A stretch of 64,000 bases of DNA, taken from positions 775,462 to 839,461 of the forward strand of contig OZ241982.1 of assembly GCA_965204335.1 (NCBI GenBank), in the 5' to 3' direction. Below are positions 8,823 to 19,137 of the stretch, one piece after another. The stretch's first letter is position 1. The number at the start of each line of letters is the position of its first letter. Origin of the DNA: Dehalococcoidia bacterium. Its GTDB lineage: Bacteria; Chloroflexota; Dehalococcoidia; Bin125. Both the position numbers and the translations under genes were made by a program. Below the pieces are notes generated by a model. The model saw nothing but the letters and a program-made list of their open reading frames with translations, had not been told where the DNA came from and did not search any database.

Positions 8823-9302
8823 ATGTCACGAGACGTCCTCGAACATCTCATCTGGAGCCTCGAACAGTCATTCCGCAAGAAGCCCGAACACTCATTGATC
8901 GCCAATCTCTCCTCGGTCACCACCAATGACCTCGACACCGTCGTGCCAGGCGGCGGCCGCACGATGCGCGACCTGATCATCCACTGCGGCGCCGTCAAGT
9001 CGATGCACGCCAACCACGCCTTCGGCGACGCCACCTTCACCTTCTGGACCACCTGGCCCCACGATGATCCGATCAGCGACGCCTCCTTCGAGGACCTGCT
9101 GGAATGGTTGGAACTCGCCCACCTGAACGTGATTGCAGCGGTCCTCAAACTCGATGGCGACCACGAACTCGTCGCCCCGCGTCCGACCTACTGGGGCGAG
9201 CAATGGGAGACCCGCAGGATCCTCGACGCGATCGCCGTCCACGACGTCTATCACGCCGGAGAGATCAACCACCTCCGCGCCCTCATCCACCAGGTCGACT
9301 GA
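8823..9302 (+). CDS. DinB/YfiT-like four-helix-bundle protein
   Basis: 159 aa DinB_2-type sequence with His-rich putative metal ligands (HCGAVKSMHANH...HDVYHAGEINH). Confidence 0.6.
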   Translation: MSRDVLEHLIWSLEQSFRKKPEHSLIANLSSVTTNDLDTVVPGGGRTMRDLIIHCGAVKSMHANHAFGDATFTFWTTWPHDDPISDASFEDLLEWLELAHLNVIAAVLKLDGDHELVAPRPTYWGEQWETRRILDAIAVHDVYHAGEINHLRALIHQVD

Positions 9303-9308
9303 CGCGCT

Positions 9309-10592
9309 CTAGAACCGAAGCATCTCCGCAAGCCGCTCCGCCTCGCCCGAGGGCCCGACGACAGCCAGCCGCAACTCGTCCTCACAGAGATACTCGTGGG
9401 CCAGACGCTCGATGTCTTCAGCCGTCACCGCCTGGTAACGCTCGTTGACCTCGTCGACCGACTTGACCTCCCCGTGCAGCAACGCCTGACTGCCATTCCA
9501 GGCCGAGACCGCACGCGTGTCCTCCATGCCCATCAGCATCCGACCGGCCGCCAGCCGTCGGGCGCGCTCCAGTTCCTCTTCGGGCACGCCGTCGCGCATA
9601 CGAGCGAGCTCGCCCAGCGTCGCCCGCAACGCTTCTTCGACGTTCTCCGGATCGACGCCCATCGACACCTGCAACACCCCGGAGTCGCGCATCAGCGCCA
9701 GCGATGCATGAACGTCGTACACGAGTCCCAACTCTTCCCGCACCTTGAGGAACAAGCGCGAACTCATCCCGTCGCCGAGCATCGCCGTCAACAGACCCAG
9801 CGCGTGACGGTCGGTGTGCGTCGATGTCAGCGCCGGCAGACCGATGCTGATTTGCGCCTGTTCCGTCTCCTTGATCCGCACCGCGACCCGCTCTGCGCTG
9901 CTGCTCAGTGGAGCCACCCGGCGCTCCGCCGCGTCGGCCGGCGACCACGTCGCCGTCAACTCGGTCACCCGCGCCAGCACGGCGTCCGGATCGATATCTC
10001 CGGCCACCGAGACCAGCGCGTTGCCCGGAGAGTATTGAGATCGCCAGTACGAGACCGCGTCCTCATATGGAATCGCATTGACCGACTCCGGCGTCCCGGC
10101 GATGTCGCGGCCCAGCGGCGTCCCGCGCCACATCACTTCCGACAGCAACTCGGCCACGAGCTGATAGGGCGAATCCTCGACCTGCGCCAACTCTTCAAGG
10201 ATGACCGAACGCTCCTTCTCCAGCTCCTCGCGCTGAAACCTCGGCCGCGACACCATGTCGACGATCACGTCGACCGCCGTGTCCCAATCCGGTCCAGGGA
10301 CTTTCGCGTAGTAGACCGTCAGCTCGCGGTCGGTGCCCGCGTTGATGTATCCGCCCACGCCTTCAATCGCCGTCGAGATGTCCGCAGCCGATGGATGCAA
10401 CTCCGAGCCCTTGAACACGCAGTGCTCGACCATGTGCGAGACGCCGGCCAGCTCGTCGCGCTCATATTGCGAGCCTGCTCCCACGTAGAGCGAGACCGAG
10501 GCCGACCGCGCCGACGCCATCGGCGCGCAGAGCACGCGTAGTCCGTTGTCCAGAATCGAAATGTGCGGGACGCCGTCCGCTGGCGGCGCCAC
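9309..10592 (-). CDS. M16 family zinc peptidase (insulinase-like, pitrilysin-type)
   Basis: Inverted zinc motif HMVEHCVFKGS (HxxEH) plus a C-terminal inactive M16 domain. Confidence 0.85.
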   Translation of the reverse strand: MAPPADGVPHISILDNGLRVLCAPMASARSASVSLYVGAGSQYERDELAGVSHMVEHCVFKGSELHPSAADISTAIEGVGGYINAGTDRELTVYYAKVPGPDWDTAVDVIVDMVSRPRFQREELEKERSVILEELAQVEDSPYQLVAELLSEVMWRGTPLGRDIAGTPESVNAIPYEDAVSYWRSQYSPGNALVSVAGDIDPDAVLARVTELTATWSPADAAERRVAPLSSSAERVAVRIKETEQAQISIGLPALTSTHTDRHALGLLTAMLGDGMSSRLFLKVREELGLVYDVHASLALMRDSGVLQVSMGVDPENVEEALRATLGELARMRDGVPEEELERARRLAAGRMLMGMEDTRAVSAWNGSQALLHGEVKSVDEVNERYQAVTAEDIERLAHEYLCEDELRLAVVGPSGEAERLAEMLRF

Positions 10593-11323
10593 TACTCAGC
10601 GCCCCAGGCCGTGTCGCCTGATGCGTCGTCGCGTACGATCGTGTGCTCCATCGCGCCGGCAACGAACTCGTCGATCGAGGCGCCGATCGTCGTGTCGTCT
10701 CCGTGACCGTTGAACGTCACGGTGTTCTCCGGCAGTGGGTACAGCCTGGTCACAATCGAGCGAACCTCCTGCGTCACCTGCGGAATCCCGCGCGTGTTGC
10801 CCGGACCGCCCGGGAAGAGCGTATCGCCGACCACGCAATAGGGGTCGTCCGGATCGGCGATGTAGTAGGAGACGGACCCGGTGGTGTGGCCGGGCGTGTG
10901 CAGTACTTCGAGCTCGTTCGATCCCAGCAGGATTGTCTCGCCGCCCTGGAGGTGGATGTCAATGTCGAGATCCGTTTCTAGCCAGGGATGCTGCTCATCG
11001 GCCACCGTGTCTGAGACGTGCATGTAGTAGGGCACGTTGGGACCCAGCCGCTCGCGCAACTCGTGGTACGACTTGATGTGGTCGGGATGCGAGTGCGTGA
11101 ACAGGACCATTTTCGGCTTCGCCCCGGATTGCTCCACACCCGCCATGACCAGTTCATTCTGGGCCACCGCGTCGATGATCGCCGCGTCACCCGTGCCTTT
11201 GTCAACCAGCACAAACGCGTTGTTCTCGAACGGCCCCCAGGACATCTGCATCACCACCACCCGCGAATACACTCGCAGTAGACGCGATTCCGCGTGCAGT
11301 TCCATGCTCATGACGCACTCCAA
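10592..11323 (-). CDS. Metallo-beta-lactamase fold hydrolase (glyoxalase II-like)
   Basis: HxHxDH motif (FTHSHPDHI). Real start may be the internal Met at about 11251. Confidence 0.8.
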   Translation of the reverse strand: MECVMSMELHAESRLLRVYSRVVVMQMSWGPFENNAFVLVDKGTGDAAIIDAVAQNELVMAGVEQSGAKPKMVLFTHSHPDHIKSYHELRERLGPNVPYYMHVSDTVADEQHPWLETDLDIDIHLQGGETILLGSNELEVLHTPGHTTGSVSYYIADPDDPYCVVGDTLFPGGPGNTRGIPQVTQEVRSIVTRLYPLPENTVTFNGHGDDTTIGASIDEFVAGAMEHTIVRDDASGDTAWGAE

Positions 11324-11370
11324 TCAGTCGACCCTCTCTCCCGCAGTCTAGCCAGCAAACGGGTTCATCC

Positions 11371-12714
11371 ATGACCAACTCCAATGCCCACCGGGCGCCA
11401 ATCGACGCCCTCGCCGAGGTCCTGCCGCTGACCGCGCAGGCCAACTCCGCCGGCGTGCTGCAGATCGGCGGCTGCAATGTCCGCGATCTGGCCGGCGCCT
11501 TCGGGACGCCGCTGTACGTCTACGACGAGCACACGATTCGACAGACCTGCCGCGACTACCTGCGCGACTTCCGCAGCCATCTGGAGGGCGCACGCGCGCA
11601 CTACGCCGGCAAGGCCTGGCTCAACCCGGCCCTGACCGAACTGCTCGTTGAGGAAGGCTTCGGTCTCGACGTCGTCTCCGCCGGCGAACTGCACGTCGCG
11701 CTCGCCGGCGGCATGGACCCCGAGCACATCGCCTTTCACGGCAACGGCAAGACGCCGGACGAACTCGAATACGCGCTCAAATCGGGCGTCGGACGAATCA
11801 TCGTCGACAACGACGACGAACTGAACGTCCTCGACCGGCTGACGCGCGAACGAGCCAGCGAGCAGCGGATCATGCTGCGCATCACGCCCGGCGTCGACGC
11901 GCAGACCCACGCCAAGACCACGACCGGCCTGCGCGACAGCAAGTTCGGCTTCCCGCTGCCCTCCGGACAGGCCGAGGCGGCGCTCGTCCGAGCGCTCGAA
12001 GCGCCCTTCCTCGACGTCACCGGATTCCACATCCACCTCGGCTCGCCGCTGTTCAACATCGAGCCCTACTCCGACGGGATCGCCACGATCGGCGAATTCG
12101 CCGCAGAAATGAAGCAGCGTCACGGCTACGAATGGCGCGAGTTCTCGCCCGGCGGTGGCATGGCGCTGACGTACACGGCCGAACAGGTGGCGCCCGCGCC
12201 CGAGCGCTACGCAGTACGGATCGCCGAAGCCATCCATACGGCCTGCGACACCCACGGTCTGCCGATGCCCGCCGTCCACATCGAGCCGGGCCGATCCGTT
12301 GTCGGCCGAGCGGGCGTGGCGCTCTATTCGGTCGTCAGCCGCAAGCACATTCCCGAGACGCGTGACTACGTCACGGTCGACGGCGGCATGTCCGACAACA
12401 TCCGTCCCGCCATGTACGACTCGAAGTACGAGGCCGCCGCCGCCGAGCAGATGAACACCGTCCCTGGCCTGGTGGCCACGGTCGCGGGGAAATTCTGCGA
12501 ATCGGGCGACGTGCTCGTCCGCGACGCGCATCTGCCCTCGTTGCAACTGGGCGAACTGATCGCCATTCCCGCCAGCGGCGCCTACCAGATCGCCATGGAG
12601 AGCAACTACAACCTCTCGCTCCGGCCGGCGATCGTGATGGTCAACGACGGCGACGCCCGTCTCGTCCGCCGACGCCAGACGCTCGACGATCTGCTACATC
12701 TTGAACTCCGATGA
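11371..12714 (+). CDS. lysA: Diaminopimelate decarboxylase
   Basis: PLP-dependent fold III decarboxylase with C-terminal EPGR and CESGD motifs. Confidence 0.9.
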   Translation: MTNSNAHRAPIDALAEVLPLTAQANSAGVLQIGGCNVRDLAGAFGTPLYVYDEHTIRQTCRDYLRDFRSHLEGARAHYAGKAWLNPALTELLVEEGFGLDVVSAGELHVALAGGMDPEHIAFHGNGKTPDELEYALKSGVGRIIVDNDDELNVLDRLTRERASEQRIMLRITPGVDAQTHAKTTTGLRDSKFGFPLPSGQAEAALVRALEAPFLDVTGFHIHLGSPLFNIEPYSDGIATIGEFAAEMKQRHGYEWREFSPGGGMALTYTAEQVAPAPERYAVRIAEAIHTACDTHGLPMPAVHIEPGRSVVGRAGVALYSVVSRKHIPETRDYVTVDGGMSDNIRPAMYDSKYEAAAAEQMNTVPGLVATVAGKFCESGDVLVRDAHLPSLQLGELIAIPASGAYQIAMESNYNLSLRPAIVMVNDGDARLVRRRQTLDDLLHLELR

Positions 12715-13826
12715 CCGCTTCCGCGCAATCCGCCGGTGACTGGGGGCCGCACGCCGACTCCCTCGCCGGCCGGACCCTGACCGCCATGCTTGAGTCGGAT
12801 CGACTCCCTCATGCCCTGCTGTTCGCGGGTCCGGTTGGAGTCGGCAAGCTCGATCTCGCCATCCGCACCGCGCAGGCGATGCTCTGTGAGTCCGTTGAGC
12901 CGTCATCGGGCGGACCGTGCCGCACCTGCCGCAACTGCCGGCGGCTCCACGATCCGGCCCAACCGACGCGGGACCCACAGCACACCGATGTCGAAGTGAT
13001 CACGCCCGGCGCGCTCTGCGCCGAGACGGACCACGACCACCGCAACTCGCGCACGATCGGGATCTGCATCATTCGTCGGATCGAGCATGCCGCCAGCCTC
13101 GCGCCGTTTGAGGCCGACCGCCGCATCATCATCATCAATCCAGCCGACGCCCTGACGCCCGAAGCGGCCGACGCCTTTCTCAAGACACTCGAAGAGCCGC
13201 CGGATCGCGTGCACTTCGTCCTCCTGACCTCACGCGAAGCCGAACTCTCCGAGACGATCCGCTCAAGGTGCAGGACACTGACGCTCTCGCCGCTGCCCAC
13301 GCAGCAGCTCGACAGGTGGGTTGACCAGTGGGCGGAACGCGAGCGCATCGAGCTACCCGGCGAGCCGGAGCGCCGCGCCGAACTGGGTCGCCTCGCACGC
13401 GGTCGGCCGGGCTGGCTGCAAGCCAACCTCCGGGAAGGCGATCCGATCACACTGCGCGCCGCCCAGATCGACGATGCGGTACGCATCGCCGAATCCGATC
13501 GAGCCGAGCGGCTGAACTGGTCGGAGCAACTCGTCGGCCGCGCGGCGACCCCGCAGAGCGTCGCCAATGTCGAGCTCATCCTTGACGCGTGGACCGACTG
13601 GTGGCGGGACGTCTGGTTGCAGCAGACCGATCAACATGACGCCCTGATTCACATATCGCAACGTGAACGGATCGAGCGGATCGCGGCCCTGTACGATCAA
13701 CGTGAGGTCAGCCAGTTTGTGGAGATGATTCAACGCACTCGCGCGCTCATTCAGAGAGGCGTCAACGCCAGACTCGCGCTTGATGTGCTGCTGCTCAACA
13801 TCCCGGTCCCCATGGAGTCCCCATGA
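12711..13826 (+). CDS. holB: DNA polymerase III delta' subunit
   Basis: AAA+ clamp-loader fold with zinc module CRTCRNCRRL. ATGA overlap with lysA. Followed by the yaaT/ricT homologue as in Bacillus. Confidence 0.8.
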   Translation: MTASAQSAGDWGPHADSLAGRTLTAMLESDRLPHALLFAGPVGVGKLDLAIRTAQAMLCESVEPSSGGPCRTCRNCRRLHDPAQPTRDPQHTDVEVITPGALCAETDHDHRNSRTIGICIIRRIEHAASLAPFEADRRIIIINPADALTPEAADAFLKTLEEPPDRVHFVLLTSREAELSETIRSRCRTLTLSPLPTQQLDRWVDQWAERERIELPGEPERRAELGRLARGRPGWLQANLREGDPITLRAAQIDDAVRIAESDRAERLNWSEQLVGRAATPQSVANVELILDAWTDWWRDVWLQQTDQHDALIHISQRERIERIAALYDQREVSQFVEMIQRTRALIQRGVNARLALDVLLLNIPVPMESP

Positions 13827-15181
13827 ATCATGAGACAGACGACGGCGCAACCAGTCAGACCAACGCTGAAGCGCCGTCGGACGAACCAGCCTGTACGCCC
13901 GATTCGGAGCCGGCCGAGAACGAACACGTCGTCATCGGCATTCGCATCCGCGAGGCCTCCCGGATCTACCACTTCTCGGCGCCGCGCGGCCGCGTCCTGA
14001 CCGGCGACTACGTCGTGGTCAACCGCGCTCGCGGCGACCAGCTCGCGAGGGTCGTGACCGTCCCCGACGACGATGCTCCCGCGCGCGAGATTCCCCGAGA
14101 TGTGAGGCCGATCGTCAGGATCGCCGACGGCGACGACCGCGAGCGCGCCTCGCGCCAGGCTGAACGCGCGGATCAGATTTTGCAGGACATGCGCACCACC
14201 TCGGTGCGAGACGACCTCGGCCTGTATCCGGTGGCCGTTGAACTGAATCTCGACGGCGATCGCGGCACGGCCTGGTTCCAGGCTCCCGATCATGTCGACT
14301 TCCGCCAGATGCTGGACGACGTGCAGGACAAGTACGACGTTCGCCTGAACATGCAGCAGGCCAACCAGCGCGAGCGCGCCAGCCTGGTCGACGGCTATGA
14401 CATCTGCGGGCTGCGCCTCTGCTGCTCAAGCTGGATGACCGATTTTCCCCATGTCGGCATTCGAGTGGCCAAGGACCAGGACCTCTCGCTCAATCCAGAC
14501 AGCATCTCCGGCGTCTGCGGCCGTCTGCTCTGCTGCCTCACCTTCGAGCACGAGGTCTACCGCGAGATGCGCGGCTCGCTGCCCCGCGTCGGCAAGCGTG
14601 TCAGCACGCCTGCCGGCATGGGCAAGGTGATCAAGCTCAACGTGCTCCAGCAGAAAGTGACGATCGCCCTCGACGATCATCCCCAGCGCGTCGACGTCCC
14701 GGCCGACGAGATCGGCCTCGCCGTGCGCACCGAGGACGCGCCCAACCAGGCCCTGCTCGATGCCGAGCGCGACCGCGACGAAGAACAGGAGCGCGCCGCC
14801 GCGCTGCGCGAGGCCGCCGCACCGGCGCCGGGAACGGAACCGAGCGAACCGGACGGCAAACGCTCGCAGCGTCGCAAACGCCGACGTTCGCGCAAGTCAA
14901 CGGCGGAGTCGCAACCCGACGGACGACGCGACGCACCGACGGCAACAGAGTCCGCAGAACCGCAGGACGAGGCCGGGGACACGTCGGCCCGGCGCCCCTC
15001 GCGCCGCCGACGCCGACGCAAGGCCCAGGTCGTCAATCAGCAGCAGGCTGACTCGGCGCCGGATGACACCGCAGCGCCTCTGCAGCGACCCGAAGGTGAG
15101 GGTCGGCGTCCTCGCCGCCGTCGACGCCGCTCCAGGCGAGCCGTCAACCAGCCCGACCGCGACTCGACGCCGTCCGAGTAA
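13823..15181 (+). CDS. ricT: PSP1 C-terminal domain protein (RicT/YaaT-like) with an Arg-rich disordered tail
   Basis: Cys clusters (CGLRLCCSSW, CGRLLCCLTFEHE) typical of RicT/YaaT. Conserved holB-yaaT synteny. Confidence 0.75.
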   Translation: MNHETDDGATSQTNAEAPSDEPACTPDSEPAENEHVVIGIRIREASRIYHFSAPRGRVLTGDYVVVNRARGDQLARVVTVPDDDAPAREIPRDVRPIVRIADGDDRERASRQAERADQILQDMRTTSVRDDLGLYPVAVELNLDGDRGTAWFQAPDHVDFRQMLDDVQDKYDVRLNMQQANQRERASLVDGYDICGLRLCCSSWMTDFPHVGIRVAKDQDLSLNPDSISGVCGRLLCCLTFEHEVYREMRGSLPRVGKRVSTPAGMGKVIKLNVLQQKVTIALDDHPQRVDVPADEIGLAVRTEDAPNQALLDAERDRDEEQERAAALREAAAPAPGTEPSEPDGKRSQRRKRRRSRKSTAESQPDGRRDAPTATESAEPQDEAGDTSARRPSRRRRRRKAQVVNQQQADSAPDDTAAPLQRPEGEGRRPRRRRRRSRRAVNQPDRDSTPSE

Positions 15182-15186
15182 GCGCC

Positions 15187-16140
15187 CTAGATGCCGAATG
15201 CCTCGGCGTCGTCCTCGTCCTCGGCGGGGGCCTCGCCAATCTGCGCTGCGAGCGCGTCGAGTTGTTCCTCGTCGTACCAGTGCACCACGATCCGCCCGCC
15301 GCTGCTCGGTCCGTCGCGACCGACGCGAACCTCGACTTTCGTGCCCAGCGCCGCCTCGAGTCGCCGCACCGCGCCCTCGATGAGCGGGGATGATTCAGTG
15401 GCCCGGGAAACCGGCTCACCCGCCGGCTGCGTCAGTTTGCCGACGGCTTCCTCGAGCTGGCGCACCGACCACCCGAGTTCCGACGCGCGCTCGGCCAACG
15501 ACGGGCGCTCCGACATCGGCGCGGGCAGCAGGGCGCGGCCGTGACCCTCGCTCAGCGAGCCCGACTTGATCATCGCCTGCACCGACCCGGGCAGTTGCCG
15601 CAGCCGCAGCAGATTGGCCACCGCGGCCCGACTCTTTCCCACCTGCGCGGCAATCCGTTGCTGCGTCCATCCGGCCTCGCTGAGTTGTTCGAAGGCGTTG
15701 GCCAGTTCGATCGGATTCAGGTCCGATCGCTGCAGGTTCTCGACCAGCGCAAGCGTCAGCGTCTCCTGCTCGTCGTCGCCGGCATCTTCCTGGATCACGA
15801 TGGGGACCGTGTCGACGCCCGCGAGACCCGCGGCGCGCCAACGCCGCTCACCGGCGATCAACTCATAGCCACCCGACTCATCGGGCCGCACCAGCAGCGG
15901 CTGCAGGATCCCGTGCTCGCGGATGCTGGACGCCAGTTCCTCCAGTTGTTCCTGGTCGAAATCTTGCCGGGGCTGCGACGGATTCCGCGAGATCGCGCCA
16001 ATCGGCGCGCGCGTCTGTCCGTCTCCCGTGTCGGAAGAGCCCGGAATCAGCGCGTCAAGCCCTCGGCCCAGGCCTCGACGCGCCGGCGGCGCGCCGTCGT
16101 CAGACCGCAACGGTCCGAGTTTCGGCTTCGACGTCGTCAT
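15187..16140 (-). CDS. parB: Chromosome partitioning protein ParB/Spo0J
   Basis: ParB N-domain (GILQPLLVRP...YELIAGERRWRAA) and HTH. 4-nt overlap with parA. Confidence 0.9.
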   Translation of the reverse strand: MTTSKPKLGPLRSDDGAPPARRGLGRGLDALIPGSSDTGDGQTRAPIGAISRNPSQPRQDFDQEQLEELASSIREHGILQPLLVRPDESGGYELIAGERRWRAAGLAGVDTVPIVIQEDAGDDEQETLTLALVENLQRSDLNPIELANAFEQLSEAGWTQQRIAAQVGKSRAAVANLLRLRQLPGSVQAMIKSGSLSEGHGRALLPAPMSERPSLAERASELGWSVRQLEEAVGKLTQPAGEPVSRATESSPLIEGAVRRLEAALGTKVEVRVGRDGPSSGGRIVVHWYDEEQLDALAAQIGEAPAEDEDDAEAFGI

Positions 16141-16943
16141 GTCAGGACTCCATCCCCTACAGGGTTCGCATACAACTGCGACGCCGGCAGCGCCGAGAGA
16201 CGAACCAGCAACTCTCCGGCCAATTGCCGATACGCCTCGGCGCCCCGCGATCGGGGCGCGTAGTCGATGATCGGTCGCTGATGGCTCGGCGCCTCGGAGA
16301 GACGAATCGAGCGTGGGATGATCGTGTCAAACGTGGAACCGATATGCGACCTCAACTGAGCCGCAACGTCCTGCGACAGCCGCGTCCGTCCGTCGTACAT
16401 GGTGGCGACGACGCCCAAGAGCTGCAGTCCCGGATGCAGGTGCGTCTGCACGCGCCGGATCGTCTCCAGCAGCGCCGACAGGCCCTCGAGCGCCAGGTAT
16501 TCGCACTGCACCGGTGCGACCGCGGCGTCCGAGGCGACCAGCGCATTGAGCGTCATCAATCCCAGTGACGGACCGCAGTCAATCAGGACCAGGTCGTACG
16601 ACCCGGCCACCTCCGACAGTGCGCCGCGTAGGACGTACTCGCGCTGCGGCCTCGCGGCCAGCTCCAGCTCCGCTGCGACCAGGTCCATCGAGGACGGTGC
16701 GACGTCGAGGTCCGGCCAGACCGTCGAGACGATGCACTGACTGAGCGGAATCTCCGCCAGGAGCGCGTCATAGACATGGGCGCCCGAGGCCGCCACGCCC
16801 AGCGCAGACGTTGCATTGGCTTGCGCGTCGGCGTCGATGACCAGGGTGCGCCGGCCCATCTCCGCTGCGGCCGCCGCCAGGTTGACCGTCGTCGTCGTCT
16901 TGCCGACGCCGCCCTTCTGGTTCGCGACTGCGACCACGCTCAC
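16137..16943 (-). CDS. parA: Chromosome partitioning ATPase ParA/Soj
   Basis: Deviant Walker A motif AVANQKGGVGKTTT. Confidence 0.9.
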   Translation of the reverse strand: MSVVAVANQKGGVGKTTTTVNLAAAAAEMGRRTLVIDADAQANATSALGVAASGAHVYDALLAEIPLSQCIVSTVWPDLDVAPSSMDLVAAELELAARPQREYVLRGALSEVAGSYDLVLIDCGPSLGLMTLNALVASDAAVAPVQCEYLALEGLSALLETIRRVQTHLHPGLQLLGVVATMYDGRTRLSQDVAAQLRSHIGSTFDTIIPRSIRLSEAPSHQRPIIDYAPRSRGAEAYRQLAGELLVRLSALPASQLYANPVGDGVLT

Positions 16944-17020
16944 GTCACATCCACGTCAATGCGCCTCCATCGGCTATACGCCGAGGATAATGGTCAACCC
17001 GTTACGTCGCCTGTTGGCGG

Positions 17021-18097
17021 CTAGTCGTCACGGTACAGAATTCGCACGCGGCGCGACGAGCCTTCGCCCTGCGACTCCGTCATCAACTCCGGGTCATCCT
17101 GCAATTGCAAATGGATGATTCGGCGCTCGGCCGCCGGCATCACCCCCAGCGTGACCGGCTCGCCGCCCTCCCTCACCTCGGTCGCCGCCCGTTGCGCCAT
17201 CTCGACGAGCGCCGTCTCGCGGCGACGGCGGTAGCCGTCGACATCCACCGTGACCGGATTGTTGCCGTCGAGCGCCCGGCTGACGATCACATTGACGACG
17301 TACTGGAGCGCCGCAACGTGCGCGCCGTGACGGCCGATCAGCAGACCCAGATCCTCGTCGCCGACCGGTTGCACATCAAGCACCGCCACCGCGTGCCCGA
17401 GGCCGTCCATCGGGGTCTCAGGGTCGCGCGCCGTCACCTGCACATCGAACCCGAGCTGATGGGCGATGTCGGTCAGCACCTCGACGGCGAACTCGCGCGG
17501 TTGCTCATTGGGCTCGAAGTCCGGATCGGCGAGCAGCTCGAACGGCCCGATCGGTTGCCGGGCCGGTTGCCGCTCGCGCGCATCATCGCGGCTTCGACCC
17601 CGCCGACGGTTGCCCTGACGTCCACGCCCACGCTCGCGGCGCGGCGCGGAGGCCGGCGTCGCCGCGCGCGGTCGTGATCGTGACCGGTGATCGGGCTGGA
17701 CGGTCTCCTGGCTGTCCGAGTCCGAAGCGGACTCCCCCGCCGTCGGTTGGACCGTGGCCCGCCGACCGCCGGAGCGCCTGCCCCCGCCGGATCGGCCGCT
17801 GCGCGGCGCAGGGTCGGACGGCGATTCGCTCTCGACCTCGGTCAGATCCGAATAGTCGTCGATTCTCGGCAACGCGGGCGCGCCCGAACTGCGGCTGCCG
17901 CGCGTGCCGCCGGAACGCGGCGTGACGCGGACCAGCGACTGCGCGTGTCCGATCCCGAAAATTCCGGTCCGACCCTCCTCGAGGACCTCGACATCGACCT
18001 GCGCACGGCTCATTCCCAGCCGCCGCAGGGCCGCCTGGACGGCATCGTCGACGGTCCGTCCTGCCTGCTCGATTGCATCCCTGTTCGCCATGGCCAC
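17021..18097 (-). CDS. jag: Jag/KhpB-like RNA-binding protein (Jag_N, KH, R3H) with a long Arg/Gly/Ser-rich linker
   Basis: N-terminal Jag_N domain and C-terminal KH plus R3H (LLIGRHGAHVAALQYV...). Immediately downstream of yidC. Confidence 0.8.
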   Translation of the reverse strand: MAMANRDAIEQAGRTVDDAVQAALRRLGMSRAQVDVEVLEEGRTGIFGIGHAQSLVRVTPRSGGTRGSRSSGAPALPRIDDYSDLTEVESESPSDPAPRSGRSGGGRRSGGRRATVQPTAGESASDSDSQETVQPDHRSRSRPRAATPASAPRRERGRGRQGNRRRGRSRDDARERQPARQPIGPFELLADPDFEPNEQPREFAVEVLTDIAHQLGFDVQVTARDPETPMDGLGHAVAVLDVQPVGDEDLGLLIGRHGAHVAALQYVVNVIVSRALDGNNPVTVDVDGYRRRRETALVEMAQRAATEVREGGEPVTLGVMPAAERRIIHLQLQDDPELMTESQGEGSSRRVRILYRDD

Positions 18098-18170
18098 TTC
18101 TCCAACTGTGTCCTGTCCCGGGCGGCGCCGACGGCTCGCTCAGCGTGCCGGTGCGCCCGCTCTATTCATG

Positions 18171-19121
18171 TCATCGCGACCTGTTCGCCCGCCGGCGCCG
18201 CTGCCGACGGCGACGCGCCGCGCTGGTCTGGCGTCGCTGTGGACGCTCCTGTTCCTCCGCCGGCGGCGACTCGGCGTCCTCGGCCGCCTCGGCGCTCACT
18301 TCGACGGCTACGCTGCCGCCGCCCGCTGCGGCGGCAGCCGCGGCCGGAGCCGGCAGCGGCTCGGACGAGAGCAGCCACTTCCACGACCACTTCAGACCCT
18401 GGCGGTAGAAGTAGTAGTAGTAGGAGGTCAGGATCGTAAAGATCGAGGTCACCAACCAGTACAGACCCAGTCCGGCCGGCACCTGCAGCGTGAAGAAGCC
18501 GAACATGAACGGCATCATCCACAGCATCGTGCGGTTCATCGACTCGGACCGCTCATCCCGCGGACCCATCCGCGCGGTCGAGACCTTCTGCTGGATGTAG
18601 GCCGTCGCCCCGACCATGATCGCCAGCGGCAGCGACTGTTCCAACGACGAGGAACCGAGATCCCAGAAGAGGAAGTCGCGGTTGATCGGAATCGCGGACG
18701 TGATGTACGACCAGTCGTACAGGTCGCTCGAGAGCCGCAACAGCTGCTCCGGCGTATCGCCCAGCGTCCGCCGCAGCACCTGGTACAGCGCGATCCAGAT
18801 CGGCATCTGGACCAGCAACGGCCAGAGGCAGCCGAGTGGATTGAAGCCCGCCTCGCGGTAGACCTTCATCAACTCTTCCTGGCGGCGCTTGGGATCCTTG
18901 TACTTCTTCTGGATCTCCTGCATGCGCGGCTGCATCTCCTGCATGCCGCGCGTCGCCCGAAGCTGGCGCAGGGTCAGCGGATACGTCACCACCCGCACGA
19001 TCAGCGTGAACAGGATGATCGCCACCCCGTAGTTGTCGTCCACCGCGTGAGCGATCACGATCAGCCCGTTCATGATCGGGCCGATCAGAATGTCGTTCCA
19101 GATGAAGTCGAGGATGTCCAT
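18171..19121 (-). CDS. yidC: Membrane protein insertase YidC (short Gram-positive type)
   Basis: 316 aa with conserved YidC transmembrane core (RLLPVFEV-type regions) and C-terminal Ala/Arg-rich tail. Confidence 0.85.
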   Translation of the reverse strand: MDILDFIWNDILIGPIMNGLIVIAHAVDDNYGVAIILFTLIVRVVTYPLTLRQLRATRGMQEMQPRMQEIQKKYKDPKRRQEELMKVYREAGFNPLGCLWPLLVQMPIWIALYQVLRRTLGDTPEQLLRLSSDLYDWSYITSAIPINRDFLFWDLGSSSLEQSLPLAIMVGATAYIQQKVSTARMGPRDERSESMNRTMLWMMPFMFGFFTLQVPAGLGLYWLVTSIFTILTSYYYYFYRQGLKWSWKWLLSSEPLPAPAAAAAAAGGGSVAVEVSAEAAEDAESPPAEEQERPQRRQTSAARRRRQRRRRANRSR

Positions 19122-19137
19122 CGTCGGTGGGTATCAA